64,000 bases of DNA from Octopus sinensis (Eukaryota): the NCBI RefSeq assembly GCF_006345805.1, contig NC_043024.1:10478001-10542000 (forward strand), in the 5' to 3' direction. Under the pieces are notes generated by a model, which was not told the origin of the DNA, did not search any database, and saw only the letters and a program-made list of their open reading frames with translations. Every line of letters starts with the position of its first letter. Positions within the stretch are counted from its first letter, which is position 1. The translations under genes were made by a program, and so were the position numbers. Below, piece after piece: positions 1-11,989 of the stretch.

Positions 1-26
1 GAGTAAAAGAGTATTTCCTTACTCAC

Positions 27-354
27 CTTCGTTCTTCATGCATGGCTTCTCCGAAGCATTTTCGACGGGGGACGTGAGAGAGGGGCTGCTTCTCTTGCCA
101 GACTGACCGGCTGACCGCCAGCGTTGCAGCGCCTGCTGGAACGATGCCGCGCTTTCCTCTTCGTGGAATTCTCCATTGAGAAGCGACGTTTCGTTTTCCG
201 TAGTTCCGCTGGCGTTGCTGGAAGTTACCGGAATTACGGACTTCTCCTGCTGCTGCTGCTGCTGTTGGTGTCGTTGTTGCTGCTGCTGCTGCCTCTGCTG
301 CTGCAATTGCAGTAACTGTTTCTGATGTTGTTGTTGCTGCTGCTGTTGTTCCTG
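27..354 (-). CDS. ZBBX: Internal coding exon of a ZBBX-like gene (zinc finger B-box domain-containing protein 1)
   Basis: Translates as a polyQ tract then EKSVIPVTSSNASGTTENETSLLNGEFHEEESAASFQQALQRWRSAGQ...KNE. The motif SLLNGEFHEEESAASFQQALQRWR matches the ZBBX motif I recall (human approx. [25 protein letters not shown]; from memory, not searched). Strong donor AAG|GTGAGT at 27/26. Best acceptor is TACCAG| at 355/354, with CTAAC and a pyrimidine tract upstream; alternatives at 351 and 381. In-frame stop at 385-387. Confidence 0.85.
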
Positions 355-499
355 CTGGTATGTGCCAAAGAGACAATGCCACTGTTAGTTAAATTCATCC
401 GGCCTCGCCCCTCACCATCGCTTCTACCATTCAGCACTGACCAAATTCCTCATCAGTGGTTACCATCACCACAACTGGTCTTACCATCCATTGACCCCT

Positions 500-1170
500 C
501 CACCCCACCTCAACGTTGTTTTCACCACCACCACCACCACCACCACCACCACCACCACCATTGCCATCGGTATCTTTTATCACCATCATCCCCCCCGCTA
601 CAACTCTTCACCTTCTGTCCCTCATTATCGCTGTCATCACTGTCATCATCAGCATCATCCACACCATCGTGATCATGGTCATCATTATAATCATCACTAC
701 TACCACTATTACCACTACCACCACCACCACTACCACCATCAGCACCACTACCACCACCACCACCACCACCACCATTGCCACCACCACCACCACCAACCAT
801 TGCCACCACCACCACCACCATTGCCACCACCACCATCATCATCTACCACTGCCACCGCATCACCACAACCACCATCACCACTACCATCAGCACCACTACC
901 ACCACCATCACCACTACCACCACCATCACCACCACCACCACTACCACCACCACCACCACCAGCACCATAACCACCATCATCATCTTTGTTGTCGTCATCA
1001 TTGTCATTGCCCTTGTCATCGTTGCCATCATCATCCTCATCGCCACCACCTGTCATCATCTTCCTCCTCCTCCTCTCCCTCGTCACCATCACCACTCCTA
1101 TCATCGTAGCCCTCCTCCTCCTCATCATCACCACAACCATCACCATCAACCCCACTTCCCTTGCACTTCA
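500..1170. repeat. (CAC/CAT)n compound trinucleotide microsatellite
   Basis: Direct inspection; explains the poly-His/Pro/Thr ORFs. Confidence 0.95.
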
Positions 1171-1236
1171 CTCCATCTCAGTCTGACCCCTTAAACCCTC
1201 CCCTCCCTCCACCCCACACCCCACACCCCACACTAC

Positions 1237-1279
1237 CTGTGTTCTTGCTGAATGTAAAGTTCTTTCCCTGTCCAGGTAC
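1237..1279 (-). CDS. ZBBX: Candidate 43-nt ZBBX exon (YLDRERTLHSARTQ, phase 2 to 0)
   Basis: Acceptor tgtttcttgttgtcag|, donor CAG|GTAGTG. Open frame ending in phase 0, which joins the 27-354 exon in frame. Confidence 0.6.
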
Positions 1280-1305
1280 CTGACAACAAGAAACACAACA
1301 GAATT

Positions 1306-1747
1306 AGATTCTCTCTCTCTCTCTCCTGCTCTCTCTCTCATTCAAGCTTCTCTTTCTCTTCCACTCTCCCCCTTGCTCTCTTCCTCTGTGTTGCACACTG
1401 TGTCTTTCCCTCTTTCTTTGACTCTGTTTGTATCCCTCCCTTCCTCTCTCTGCATCTCTCTCTTTCACTCTGCCTCTCTCTGTCCTTCTCTGCTTCTCTC
1501 TGTCTGTCTCTTTCACTCTCTCTGCCTTTCTCTCTCTCTCTCTATCTGTCTCTGTCTCTCTCCCTCTTTCTCTCTCTGCATCTTTCACTGCTTCTCTCTC
1601 TCTTTCCTTGCCTCTCTCTCTTTCTTTGCATCTCTATATATCATTCTCTCTCTCTCTCTGGCTCTATGGCTGCCCCCTCTCTCTCTCTCTCTCTCTCTTT
1701 CTGCTTGTGTGTGTGTGTGTGTCTCTCTCTATGCTTGTGTGTGTGTG

Positions 1748-1778
<31 letters not shown>

Positions 1779-1860
1779 TTGTATGTGTGTGTTGTATATA
1801 TAATATATATATATATATATATTCTGCTTTTGTCTCTGTATGTGTGTGTGTGTGTGTTTG
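1306..1860. repeat. (CT)n/(GT)n low-complexity tract
   Basis: Direct inspection. Confidence 0.95.
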
Positions 1861-2081
1861 TGTGTCTCCTGTACCCCGAGGGAGATTCACCCTGACCCAG
1901 AACGTGACAAGGCTGACCCCAGTTTGTTATAGGGGCACAACTCTTCTTTCACCAGCTGAGTTAACTGGAGCAACAAGAAAGAAAGAAAATGTCTAGCCCA
2001 GGAACCCAATGCACCACCAAGAACTGAACTCACCGTCTTTTGATTGTGAGCCAAACACCCTAACCACTAAGCCATGCACTT

Positions 2082-2290
2082 TCACAATAACAACACAATA
2101 GCAACAACAGCAACAATAACCACAATAATACAACAATAATAAAACCAACAACGCAGTAGTAGTAGTAGTAGTAGTAGTAGTAACAGTATTAGTAGTATTA
2201 GTAGTATTATAGTAGTTGTAGGTGTAGTAGTAGTAGTAACAGTAGCAGTAGTAGTAGTAACAGTAGTAGTAGTAGTAGTAGTAGTAGTAC

Positions 2291-2330
<40 letters not shown>
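2082..2330. repeat. (AAC)n/(GTA)n microsatellite
   Basis: Direct inspection. Confidence 0.95.
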
Positions 2331-2370
2331 AAGTGGGCCAACATTGTACAACATGGAAACGGATCCTTAC

Positions 2371-2399
2371 CTTGACTTGGGACGGGTCACATTGGAAAT
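2371..2399 (-). CDS. ZBBX: Candidate 29-nt ZBBX exon (ISNVTRPKS-R, phase 0 to 2)
   Basis: Strong acceptor ttgtttcttgttttccag| and donor AAG|GTAAGG. Joins the 43-nt exon in frame, giving ISNVTRPKSRYLDRERTLHSARTQ. Confidence 0.65.
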
Positions 2400-2507
2400 C
2401 TGGAAAACAAGAAACAAATATATATATATATATAAATATATATCGCTACCAACGGCCTGATGGAAAAGAGAAAATAGTCAGACTAAATATGTTTAAATAT
2501 AACAATT

Positions 2508-2607
2508 NNNNNNNNNNNNNNNNNNNNNNNNNNNNNNNNNNNNNNNNNNNNNNNNNNNNNNNNNNNNNNNNNNNNNNNNNNNNNNNNNNNNNNNNNNNNN
2601 NNNNNNN
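2508..2607. other. Assembly gap (100 N)
   Basis: Exactly 100 N, the usual placeholder for a gap of unknown size; it lies inside a ZBBX intron. Confidence 0.99.
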
Positions 2608-2646
2608 ACATGCACTCACACACAGACACACACACACACACATAAA

Positions 2647-2694
<48 letters not shown>

Positions 2695-3649
2695 GGGGGA
2701 GAGTTCATGAAAAAAACAAATGATGAAGACAGGTGGTGTACAAAACAAACAGATGTATTAGTATAACACTCAGGAATTGAAAATGTCTTTTACGTTTCAA
2801 GCCTACGCTCCTCTACAGAAAGTATATATAGTATATATAGTACATATATATATATATATATATATGTACTAGTATTATAACCCAATTTCATTCGGGTCTA
2901 CTTGGGCCACATTTTAAAGATGAGGAATTTAAAAAACAAACGAAAATTTTGTTAAGAATTAAAAAAGAAAATGAGGGCAAAAAGCACTCATTTTTTTCAC
3001 AATGAAAAATCTTTTCCTAGTAGGCGGAATTTCGTGATAAAATGTATGTTTATTAAGCACAACAGCCTGCAGTGCATGCCGCTGGGCATTAAAAGCCAAT
3101 CGCACAAAGCTAGAGGGGTTCTGGGCCCCCTTGAATCGTTAAAAAATCACTCTTTTTGCCATAGCAACCACATCTTTATAGCTTGTGAATTTTAACCATC
3201 ATGGGTCTCATCCTCACTATGCATTTGGTATCCCTACCAATTTTCAGCGCGATCCTTGCCTCGGTTTGGCCGCCATTAACCGTCAAAGCAAAATGTCCAT
3301 ACAATTTTCGTCCAAGGACTGTTTTATAGATATAGATATATATATATTTATGTCATTTATAAAAGTGTATAGAGAGTTTCTATACACAATGAAGAAACCT
3401 TTGACAGGACTCCCTACATGCTAAAAATGCCAGTTAAAACCTAAACCACTGAAAGATGAATTCATGAGGTATGCCAATTATAACACCAGAGCAAACAAAA
3501 AAAGTGAATTGGTTAATCCCAGACTTGAGTTTCACCATTACTCTCCCAAAATAAACTAATTTGGGATCTGTGGCTCATCAGCAAGATCACTAATTAACAA
3601 ATAATTATGTAAATGCAAATATGTACTGATAGAGATATCAGTTGAATGA

Positions 3650-4055
3650 AGTCAAAACATAGTTTGGTTTTCACATTGGCATTATCCATCCAGCGGACAG
3701 ACAAACAGATTAAGTCGATTATATCGACCCCAGTGTGTAACTGGTACTTATTTAATCGACCCCGAAAGGACGAAAGGCAAAGTCGACCTCGGCGGAATTT
3801 GAACTCAAAACGTAGCGGCAGACGAAATATCGATTTCTTTACTACCCACAAGGGGCTAAACACAGAGGGGACAAACAAGGACAGACAAATGGATTAAGTC
3901 GATTACATCGACCCCAGTGCATAACTGGTACTTATTTAATCGACCCCAAAAGGATGAAAGACAAAGTCGAGCTCAGCGGAATTTGAACTCAGAACATAAA
4001 GACAGACAAAATACCACTAAGCATTTCGCCGGGATGCTAACGATTCCGCCAGCTT
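3650..4055 (-). mobile_element. SINE type B (tRNA-like head GGCGGCGAGCTGGCAG..., B-box GAGTTCAAATTCC), tandem units
   Basis: Reverse complement of the family seen full-length at 12715-12945 and 62217-62448; internal junction aaagaaatcgatatttcgtc. Confidence 0.8.
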
Positions 4056-4661
4056 GGTGCCTTAGTATTAACCAATTTATAGCATATAAAATTTACTGGT
4101 TTGAAGTACAGTTTTCTCATGACCCTGAAAAATTACTGTGGACTCCAAATTTATTATATTGTATTTGTGGACCCCCAAAAGTTTTATAAGGGGCCCCAGA
4201 GTTCATACAGACCCTGGCTGAGAACCCTTACTCTTGACCAATACCGAAGGAACGTTAGATATTTATTTTTGATATGATATAATACAGACATGAGTGATGA
4301 GTAAGTGTGAAATAAATCCATAGTGGACCATCACAAAAAAGCAGTTATTGATCTCTGGATTAAGTTGTCAGCAACCGATCGAACGAGTGCCGAGCAGTGA
4401 AATCTGGTTGATGCGTACATCTCTCAGTTACGGATGCGATTGTAGGAGATGATGCTGGTAGGATGTCATCTACCTTGGGCAGAAGATGACAAACAGACGG
4501 AGATAATTAATTTACTCATTAAAAATTTCTGGGTTGTCCTTCGGAGATGGTATCAACAAACTGAAAGGATTTGTTTGACAATTTCAGTAAAATGTTTTTT
4601 TATTTCTTTATTTGGTTTTCAGTTGACACACAAACTTATACATACATATATATATATATAT

Positions 4662-4970
4662 ATCACGTGATCACGTGACCGACCAGACCATCAGATGTTG
4701 TTACACATCGCTGGTCACAATGCGTTTGCATTGTTTTTTTAGCCTTCGAATGACACCACCCTGCTGGCTAAGCGAGCAGGCCGATAGAAGAAAGAGTGAG
4801 AGAAAGAGTGGTGAAGGAGTACAGCAGGGATCACCACCCCCTGCCGGAGCCTTGTGGAGCTTTTAGGTGTTTTCGCTCAATAAACACTCACAACGCCCGG
4901 TATGGGAATCGAAACCGCGATCCTATGACCGCGAGTCCGCTACCCTAACCACTGGGCCATTGTGCCTCCA
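4662..4970 (-). mobile_element. SINE type D (tRNA-derived head TGGAGGCGCAATGGCCCAGTGGTTAGGG...)
   Basis: A- and B-box-like head; near-identical copy at 55273-55571; tail CACGTGATCACGTGATA. Confidence 0.85.
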
Positions 4971-5062
4971 CACATATATATATACACAACTATATATACA
5001 TGCACATAAACACACACACACACACACACATGCACACACGCATACGTACATACATACATATT

Positions 5063-5450
5063 ATCATTCATCATCGTTTAACGTTCACTTTCCATGCTAG
5101 CATGGGTTGGACGATTTGACTGAGGGCTGGCGAACCAGATGGCTGCACCAGGCTCCAATCTTGATCTGGCAGAGTTTCTACAGCTGGATGCCCTTCCTAA
5201 CGCCAACAACTCCGAGAGTGTAGTGGGTGCTTTTACGTATCACCGGTACGAAGGCCAGTCAGGCGGTACTGGCAACGACCTTGCTTGAATCTTTTTACGC
5301 ATGCCACCAGCACAGGTGCCTGTAAGGCAATGCTGGTAACGATCACGCTTGAATGGTGCCCCTTTACGTGCCACCAGCACGGAGGCCAGGTAGCCGCTCT
5401 GGCAACGATCATGCTCAGATGGTGCTCTTAACACCCTACTAGCATGGGAC
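5063..5450 (-). mobile_element. 5'-truncated RTE-LINE 3' end
   Basis: Family motif ccactacactctcggagtggttggcgttaggaagggcatccagctgtagaaac...gttaaacgatga(tga)n in reverse orientation. Confidence 0.8.
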
Positions 5451-5454
5451 TTAA

Positions 5455-5489
<35 letters not shown>

Positions 5490-5680
5490 GTGTGGATGTG
5501 TGTGTACATGACCTTGTTTTTCACTGTCCAGCTGAGAAAAAAATAAATTAAAGAAATAAAAATTTTTTCTTAAAATGGAAATTGCCGATCAAGCACTTTC
5601 AGTTTATTGATACCATCTCCGAAGGATCACCAATACTTCACCATACATCCGTCCATCTTGCCGCAAAGTAAAATTCAACA

Positions 5681-5768
<88 letters not shown>

Positions 5769-5924
5769 CATACGCACACACCCACGCGAATGTATACAGC
5801 GACGATGAATATTTTGTGGGCGTGTACTGTTAGACATGTTGATACGAGTGAGTGACTTTTCTTGTGTGCTGTTTACATAAGAATTTAATGAGGCAAATGT
5901 GAGGAACATCAAGGAAATATCTCA

Positions 5925-6011
5925 ATGAATAATAATAATAATGAAATAATAATAATGATAATAAAATTATTAATAATAATAATAATAATAATATATAATA
6001 GTAGTAGTAAA

Positions 6012-6057
<46 letters not shown>

Positions 6058-6068
6058 GTAGTAGTAAA

Positions 6069-6105
<37 letters not shown>

Positions 6106-6129
6106 GTAGTAGTAAAAATAATAATGATG

Positions 6130-6162
<33 letters not shown>

Positions 6163-6212
6163 GTAGTAGTAAAAATAATAATAATAATAATAATAATAAT
6201 AGTAGTAGTAAA

Positions 6213-6252
<40 letters not shown>

Positions 6253-6379
6253 GTAGTAGTAAAAATAATAATAATAATAATAATAATAATAGTAGTAGTA
6301 AAAATAATAGTAATAATAATAATAATAATAGTAGTAGTCAAAATAATAGTAATAATAATAATAATAATAGTAGTAGTAA

Positions 6380-6415
<36 letters not shown>

Positions 6416-6502
6416 TAGTAGTAGTAAAATAATAATAATAATAATAATAATAATAGTAGTAGTAAAAATAATAGTAATAATAATAATAATAGTAGTAGTA
6501 AA

Positions 6503-6533
<31 letters not shown>

Positions 6534-6669
6534 TAGTAGTAGTAAAAATAATAGTAATAATAATAATAATAGTAGTAGTAGTAAAATAATAATAATAATA
6601 ATAAAATAATAATAATATAGTAGTAGTAAAAATAATAGTAATAATAATAATAATAATAGTAGTAGTAAA

Positions 6670-6727
<58 letters not shown>

Positions 6728-6756
6728 TTAATATTAATATTAATATAATAATGATA

Positions 6757-6797
<41 letters not shown>

Positions 6798-6810
6798 AAT
6801 AATAATAATG

Positions 6811-6859
<49 letters not shown>

Positions 6860-6953
6860 TAAACTAATAAAATAGTAATAATAATAATATGATGATAATA
6901 ATAATAATAATAATAATGATAATAATATTAATAATAATAATAATAATAATAAT

Positions 6954-6984
<31 letters not shown>

Positions 6985-6995
6985 TTAATATTAAT

Positions 6996-7026
<31 letters not shown>

Positions 7027-7047
7027 ATAATAATAATAATAATAATA

Positions 7048-7085
<38 letters not shown>

Positions 7086-7108
7086 AATAATAATAATAAT
7101 AATGATAG

Positions 7109-7148
<40 letters not shown>

Positions 7149-7172
7149 GTAATAGTAATAATAATAATGATG

Positions 7173-7207
<35 letters not shown>

Positions 7208-7220
7208 AATAATAATAATG
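5925..7220. repeat. (AAT)n microsatellite with periodic AGTAGTAGTAAA interruptions, grading into (GAT)n
   Basis: Direct inspection. Confidence 0.95.
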
Positions 7221-7745
7221 CCAACCACTCCGAGAGTGTAGTGGGTGCTTTTTACGTGCCACTGGCACGGGTATCTTAAAGACAATTTCCATTTGATTTT
7301 CATCTTGATGTTGGTGCTAACATACTTGACTCAATAGATCTCCTCAAGAACAGCGGGTCATATAGTGCTGGTGGCACATAAAAAGCACCATCCGAATGTG
7401 GCCGATGCCAGCACCGCTCCGACTGGCTTCTGTGCCGGTGGCACATAAAAAGCACCATCCGAACGTTGCCAGTGCCGCCTTTGCTGGCTTCCGTGCCGCT
7501 GGTACGTTAAAAGCTCCAACGATCATGGACGATGCCGGACACCCCCTGGCACCTGTGCAGGTGGCACGTAAAAAGCACCCACTACACTCGCGGAGTAGTT
7601 GGCGTTAGGAAGGGCATCCAGCTGTAGAAACTCTGCCAGATCAGACTGGAGCCTGGAGCAGCGCCTGGCTTCCCAGACCCCGGTCGAACCGTCCAACCTG
7701 TGCTAGCGCGGAAAATGGACGTTAAACGATGATGATGATGATGAT
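7220..7745 (+). mobile_element. RTE-LINE 3' end (composite of fragments)
   Basis: Family motifs plus (GAT)n tail at ~7727-7747. Confidence 0.75.
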
Positions 7746-7933
7746 GATATATATATATAAATATAGAATATAGATATAGATAGAAAGATCGATTGATAGA
7801 TTGATAGATACATACATAATTACATATACATATATGTGTGCATGTGTGTGTGTGGGGGGTATATATACATATTCATACATATGTATATGGATATGTATAA
7901 GATATATATATGATATACATACATACATACATA

Positions 7934-8061
7934 TATCATCATCATCATCATCATCATTGTTTAACGTCCGCTTTCCATGCTAGCATGGGTTGGACGATTT
8001 GACTGAGGGCTGGTGAACCAGATGACTGCACCAGGCTCCAATCTTGATCTGGCAGAGTTTC

Positions 8062-8062
<1 letters not shown>
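7934..8062 (-). mobile_element. Short RTE-LINE 3' end, inverted relative to the 7560-7745 copy
   Basis: (CAT)n followed by tttaacgtccgctttccatgctagcatggg...gcagagtttcta. Confidence 0.85.
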
Positions 8063-8111
<49 letters not shown>

Positions 8112-8221
8112 CACATATATATATACATATATGTGAATGTATGTGTGCACACACACACACATGCACACATACACACATGCACACATACACACATACATAC
8201 AATCTACTTGTTTCCACTTAC

Positions 8222-8289
8222 GTGACTTTTGTGCAAGTCAAATCTTGTATAATTCGATGCGGTGAAGTCAGTGTTGTGCGTAAAGATGG
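8222..8289 (-). CDS. ZBBX: Candidate 68-nt ZBBX exon (reading frame ambiguous)
   Basis: Donor CAC|GTAAGT. Acceptor tttttttaatctctgaag| after a long T-rich tract. Two open frames: (A)IFTHNTDFTASNYTRFDLHKSH (phase 1 to 0) or PSLRTTLTSPHRIIQDLTCTKV (phase 0 to 2). Confidence 0.5.
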
Positions 8290-8848
8290 CTTCAGAGATT
8301 AAAAAAAATACAAGAAAAAAACAAAAAACAAACAAACAAAAAAGACAAAAAAACAAGGCAACCCAAAATGAAACCAAATAATAAAACACAACAAAAAGAA
8401 AACAACTCCAATAAACAAACCAAAAAAAAATGAGTAGGAAAATCCATATATTTCTATGTTATTGATTTCCGTCTTTGAAAAAGAACAACAATTGGTCTAC
8501 AGCTGGGAACTGAACCATTAATCTATTGTTTTCCAGGCGCCTACTTTACCGATAACACCACTCACAACAGAGTGCTATCTTTTGTTGTTTATTTCTGTCA
8601 GCCATTGATCTGTGGCCATGCTGGGGCAATGCATTATTGAAGAATTTCTTGTTTCATTTTATTTTTTTCAGTAGAACAGCTTGACCTCAGCACTTTTTTC
8701 CTTCTTTCTTTTTTTTTTTTTTTAAATTTTGGCACTTGTTCTGTTGGTGCCTGTTGCCAAACTGCTAAGTTATAGGGACGTAAACAAACCAACATTGGTT
8801 ATCAAGTGGTTTGGTTGGGTGGGGACACAGAAATACACTTAAATGCAC

Positions 8849-9256
8849 ACAGGAGTGGCTGTGTGGTAAGTAGCTTGCTTACCAACCACATGGTTCTGGG
8901 TTCAGTCCCTATGCATGACACCTTGGGCAAGTGTCTTCTACTATAGCCTCAGGTCAACCAAAGCTTTGTGAGTGGATTTGGTAGACGGAAACTGAAGGAA
9001 GCCCGTCGTATATATGCATATATATATATGTGTGTGTGTTTGTGTGTCTGTGTTTGTCCTCCTAGCATTGCTTGACAACCGATGCTGGTGTGTTTACATC
9101 CCTGTAACTTAGCGGTTCGGCAAAAAGAGACCAATAGAATAAGTACTAGGCTTACAAAGAATAAGTCCTGGGGGTGATTTCCTCGACTAAAGGCGGTGCT
9201 CCAGCATGGCCGCAGTCAAATGACTGAAACAAGTAAAAGAGTAAAAAGAGTAAAAG
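8849..9256 (+). mobile_element. SINE type A (head ggcgcaggagtggctgtgtggtaagtagcttgc..., tail (gtaaaaga)n)
   Basis: Full-length member of the most abundant family. It has a CCTTGGGCAAGT CORE-like motif (inference) and an internal (TA/TG)n tract. The window's first 13 nt are also such a tail. Confidence 0.9.
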
Positions 9257-9627
9257 AGCACACACACACACACACACACATGACAGGTTTCTACACAGTT
9301 TCCATCTACCAAATTTACTCACAAGGTATTGGTTGACCTAAGGCTACAGTAGAAGACACTTGCCCAAGGTTCCATGCAGTGGGACACACCAGGCTCCAAT
9401 TGTCTGCTTTGGGGGTTTCTACAGCTGGTTGCCCTTCCTAACACCAACCACTTTACAGAGTATACCGGGTGCTTTTTATGTGGCACCACCACCAGTGGTG
9501 GAGACAAGTCTTCAATGGCCCCAAAGAGAATGGAGATCTCAAGCAAAATAAATTGAAGGATTAGACTGTTCAGTGTGTCCTTCTCTTTCTAATACAATAA
9601 TGTGTGATTCTAGAGAAATTCAGCTGC

Positions 9628-9945
9628 TACAAGGGTGAGTCAAAAAGTAATGCCATTTTGTTTAGGACGGGTATAATTACCAACACAGGAACATGTATCA
9701 TGCATCAAAATGAAGCTGGTCCTCTGTGGATCACATCCCTACTTCTCAACATAGTCACCGTTTCTCTCAATAGCAATGTTCCACCTTCCAATGAGAGCAT
9801 GTATCCCTGCCCCGTAAAATTCTGTTGACTGTTCTTTGAGCCACTTCTTCACTACAGTTTCCACTTCCTTGTCACTGGAATAATGTTTGTCTCTCAGACC
9901 TTCTTTCATGGGGCCAAAGAGATGATAGTAAAAATCCTGCCAAAA
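9628..9945 (-). mobile_element. Mariner transposon remnant: transposase C-terminus and one terminus
   Basis: Translates DFYYHLFGPMKEGLRDKHYSSDKEVETVVKKWLKEQSTEFYGAGIHALIGRWNIAIERNGDYVEK*, typical of a mariner C-terminus. Terminus TA|CAAGGGTGAGTCAAAAAGTAATGCC. Confidence 0.9.
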
Positions 9946-10079
9946 CAGACACAGAAGTCCGGTGCCTGGCCGGCTCCGATCAAACGGTCTCACCTATGCC
10001 AGCATGCAAGGCAGATGTTAAGCAATGATGATGATGACGATGATTATAATGATGATGATGATGAGATATATATATATAT

Positions 10080-10247
10080 ATCACGTGATCACCATGACCG
10101 ACCAGACCATCAGATGTTGTTACACATCGCTGGTCACAATGCGTTTGCATTGTTTTAGCCTTCGAATGATGCCACCCCGCTGGCTAAGCGAGCAGGCCAA
10201 CAGAAGAAAGAGTCCACTGCCCTAACCACTGGGCCATTGCGCCTCCA
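10080..10247 (-). mobile_element. Internally deleted SINE type D
   Basis: Head and tail match 4662-4970; the middle is missing. Confidence 0.85.
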
Positions 10248-10436
10248 GTATATATATATATATATATATATATATGATAGGCTTCTTTCAGTTTCCATCT
10301 ACCAAATCCACTCACGAGGCTTTGGTTGGCCCGAGGCTATAGTAGAAGACACTTGCCCAAGGTGCCACGGAGTAGGACTGAACCTGAAATCATGTGGTTG
10401 GGAAGCAAGCTACTTACCACACAGCCACACCTGTAC

Positions 10437-10562
10437 CTAGAAGTGATGCAGAACTTTTTTTTTTGGTAGGGAGTGTTCTGTAACTCATCACAGTATCCAT
10501 TGTAATCATTGCTGTTGTTGTTGTTGTTGTTGAAGTCCCAGTCAGGCCCCGATTGAGCATAT
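10437..10562 (-). CDS. Weak candidate 126-nt exon (MLNRGLTGTSTTTTTTAMITMDTVMSYRTLPTKKKSSASLL)
   Basis: Acceptor cattagcattcttag|. Open, phase 1 to 1, compatible with the phase-1 reading of the 68-nt exon. The donor G|GTACAG lies in the 5' end of a SINE head, which lowers confidence. Confidence 0.25.
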
Positions 10563-10769
10563 CTAAGAATGCTAATGAGATGAAGTGTACTACTACTGCT
10601 ATTTCGTGTTGTCGTCTCATCGCTTTACACCAAGACAGCAATAACAACAGCAGCAGCAGCAGACGTAGTAGTAGTAGTAGTAGTAGTAGTAGCAGCAGCA
10701 GCAGCACTACAACGGAATACAAAGGGAAAAAAAAAGGTGCATTTTCTTCACTGACATGTTGCTGTTGAT

Positions 10770-11201
10770 GCTGCTTATAATGATGATGATGGTAATGACG
10801 ATGATGATGATGATAGTGATGATGGTGGTAGTGATGATGGTGATGATAATGATGATGATGGTGGTGGTGATGATGATGGTGGTGGTAGTGGTGGTGGTGC
10901 TGATGTCCTTATGATGATAATGATGGTAATGATGATGCTAATGATGCAGATGATGATGATGGTGATGATGGTGGTGGTGGTGACGATGATTATGCTGACT
11001 GCGGAGATGGCGATAATGGTGATAGTGATGATGGGTGGGGTGGGGTGGGGTGGGAATAACAATGGAGATGAAGATGATGACAGCGAGAACGACGACAATG
11101 ATGACGATGCTGACACTGACAATAATGACAACGTTGATGATGAATGATGATGATGGCTATGATGATGATGATGATGATGATGTTGATGATGATGATGATG
11201 A

Positions 11202-11246
<45 letters not shown>

Positions 11247-11417
11247 TTGATGATGATGACGATGACGGATGGCAATGATGATTGATGATGATGATGATAA
11301 TGATTGATGATGAATGATGATGATGGCTATGATGATGATGGCTATGTTGATGAGATGATGATGACGATGATGGTGATGATGATGATGATGGTTAAGATGA
11401 TGATGATGATGATGGCT

Positions 11418-11460
<43 letters not shown>

Positions 11461-11615
11461 CGATGACGGATGGCAATGATGATTGATGATGATGATGATA
11501 ATGATTGATGATGAATGATGATTATGATGATTGATGATGATGATTGATCTTGATGACGATGATGATGACAACGACGATGACGATGCTGCTGCTGATGATG
11601 ATGATGACGACGATG
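10770..11615. repeat. (GAT/GGT)n microsatellite with an internal higher-order duplication
   Basis: The block gacgatgacggatggcaatgatgattgatgat... occurs at ~11258 and ~11460. Confidence 0.95.
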
Positions 11616-11989
11616 ATAATTCAAAGTTACAAGAAACACAAGGAACATGGCAATTAACGGACAAAATATTCCCGGTTTTATTTTTTTTCTTCATTTAAAC
11701 CAAATTCAAAATCACTTCTTACTTTAATCCTTTTCTTTCCTTTTATCTTTTCACTTGTTTCAGTCATTGAACCGTGGCCATGCTGGGGCACCACCTTGAA
11801 GAATTTTTAGTTGAATGAATCGACCCCAGTATTTATTTTATTTATTTTTTTGAAGCCTGGTATTTATTCCATTGGTCTCTTTTGCTGAACTGCTAAGTTA
11901 TGAGGGACATAAACACACCAACACTGGTTGTCAAGTGGTGGTGGGAGACAAACACAGAAACAAAGATACACGCACACACACACACACAC

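Noticed and set aside
491-1996. Poly-His/Pro/Thr and Leu/Ser ORFs
   Set aside because: Microsatellite artefacts inside ZBBX introns.
3156-3168. X-box-like TTGCCATAGCAAC
   Set aside because: Deep in an intron, within a probable transposon fragment, with no promoter context.
4320-4460. Possible Tc1 transposase C-terminal relic (AVIDLWIKLS...)
   Set aside because: Similarity too weak to support without a search.
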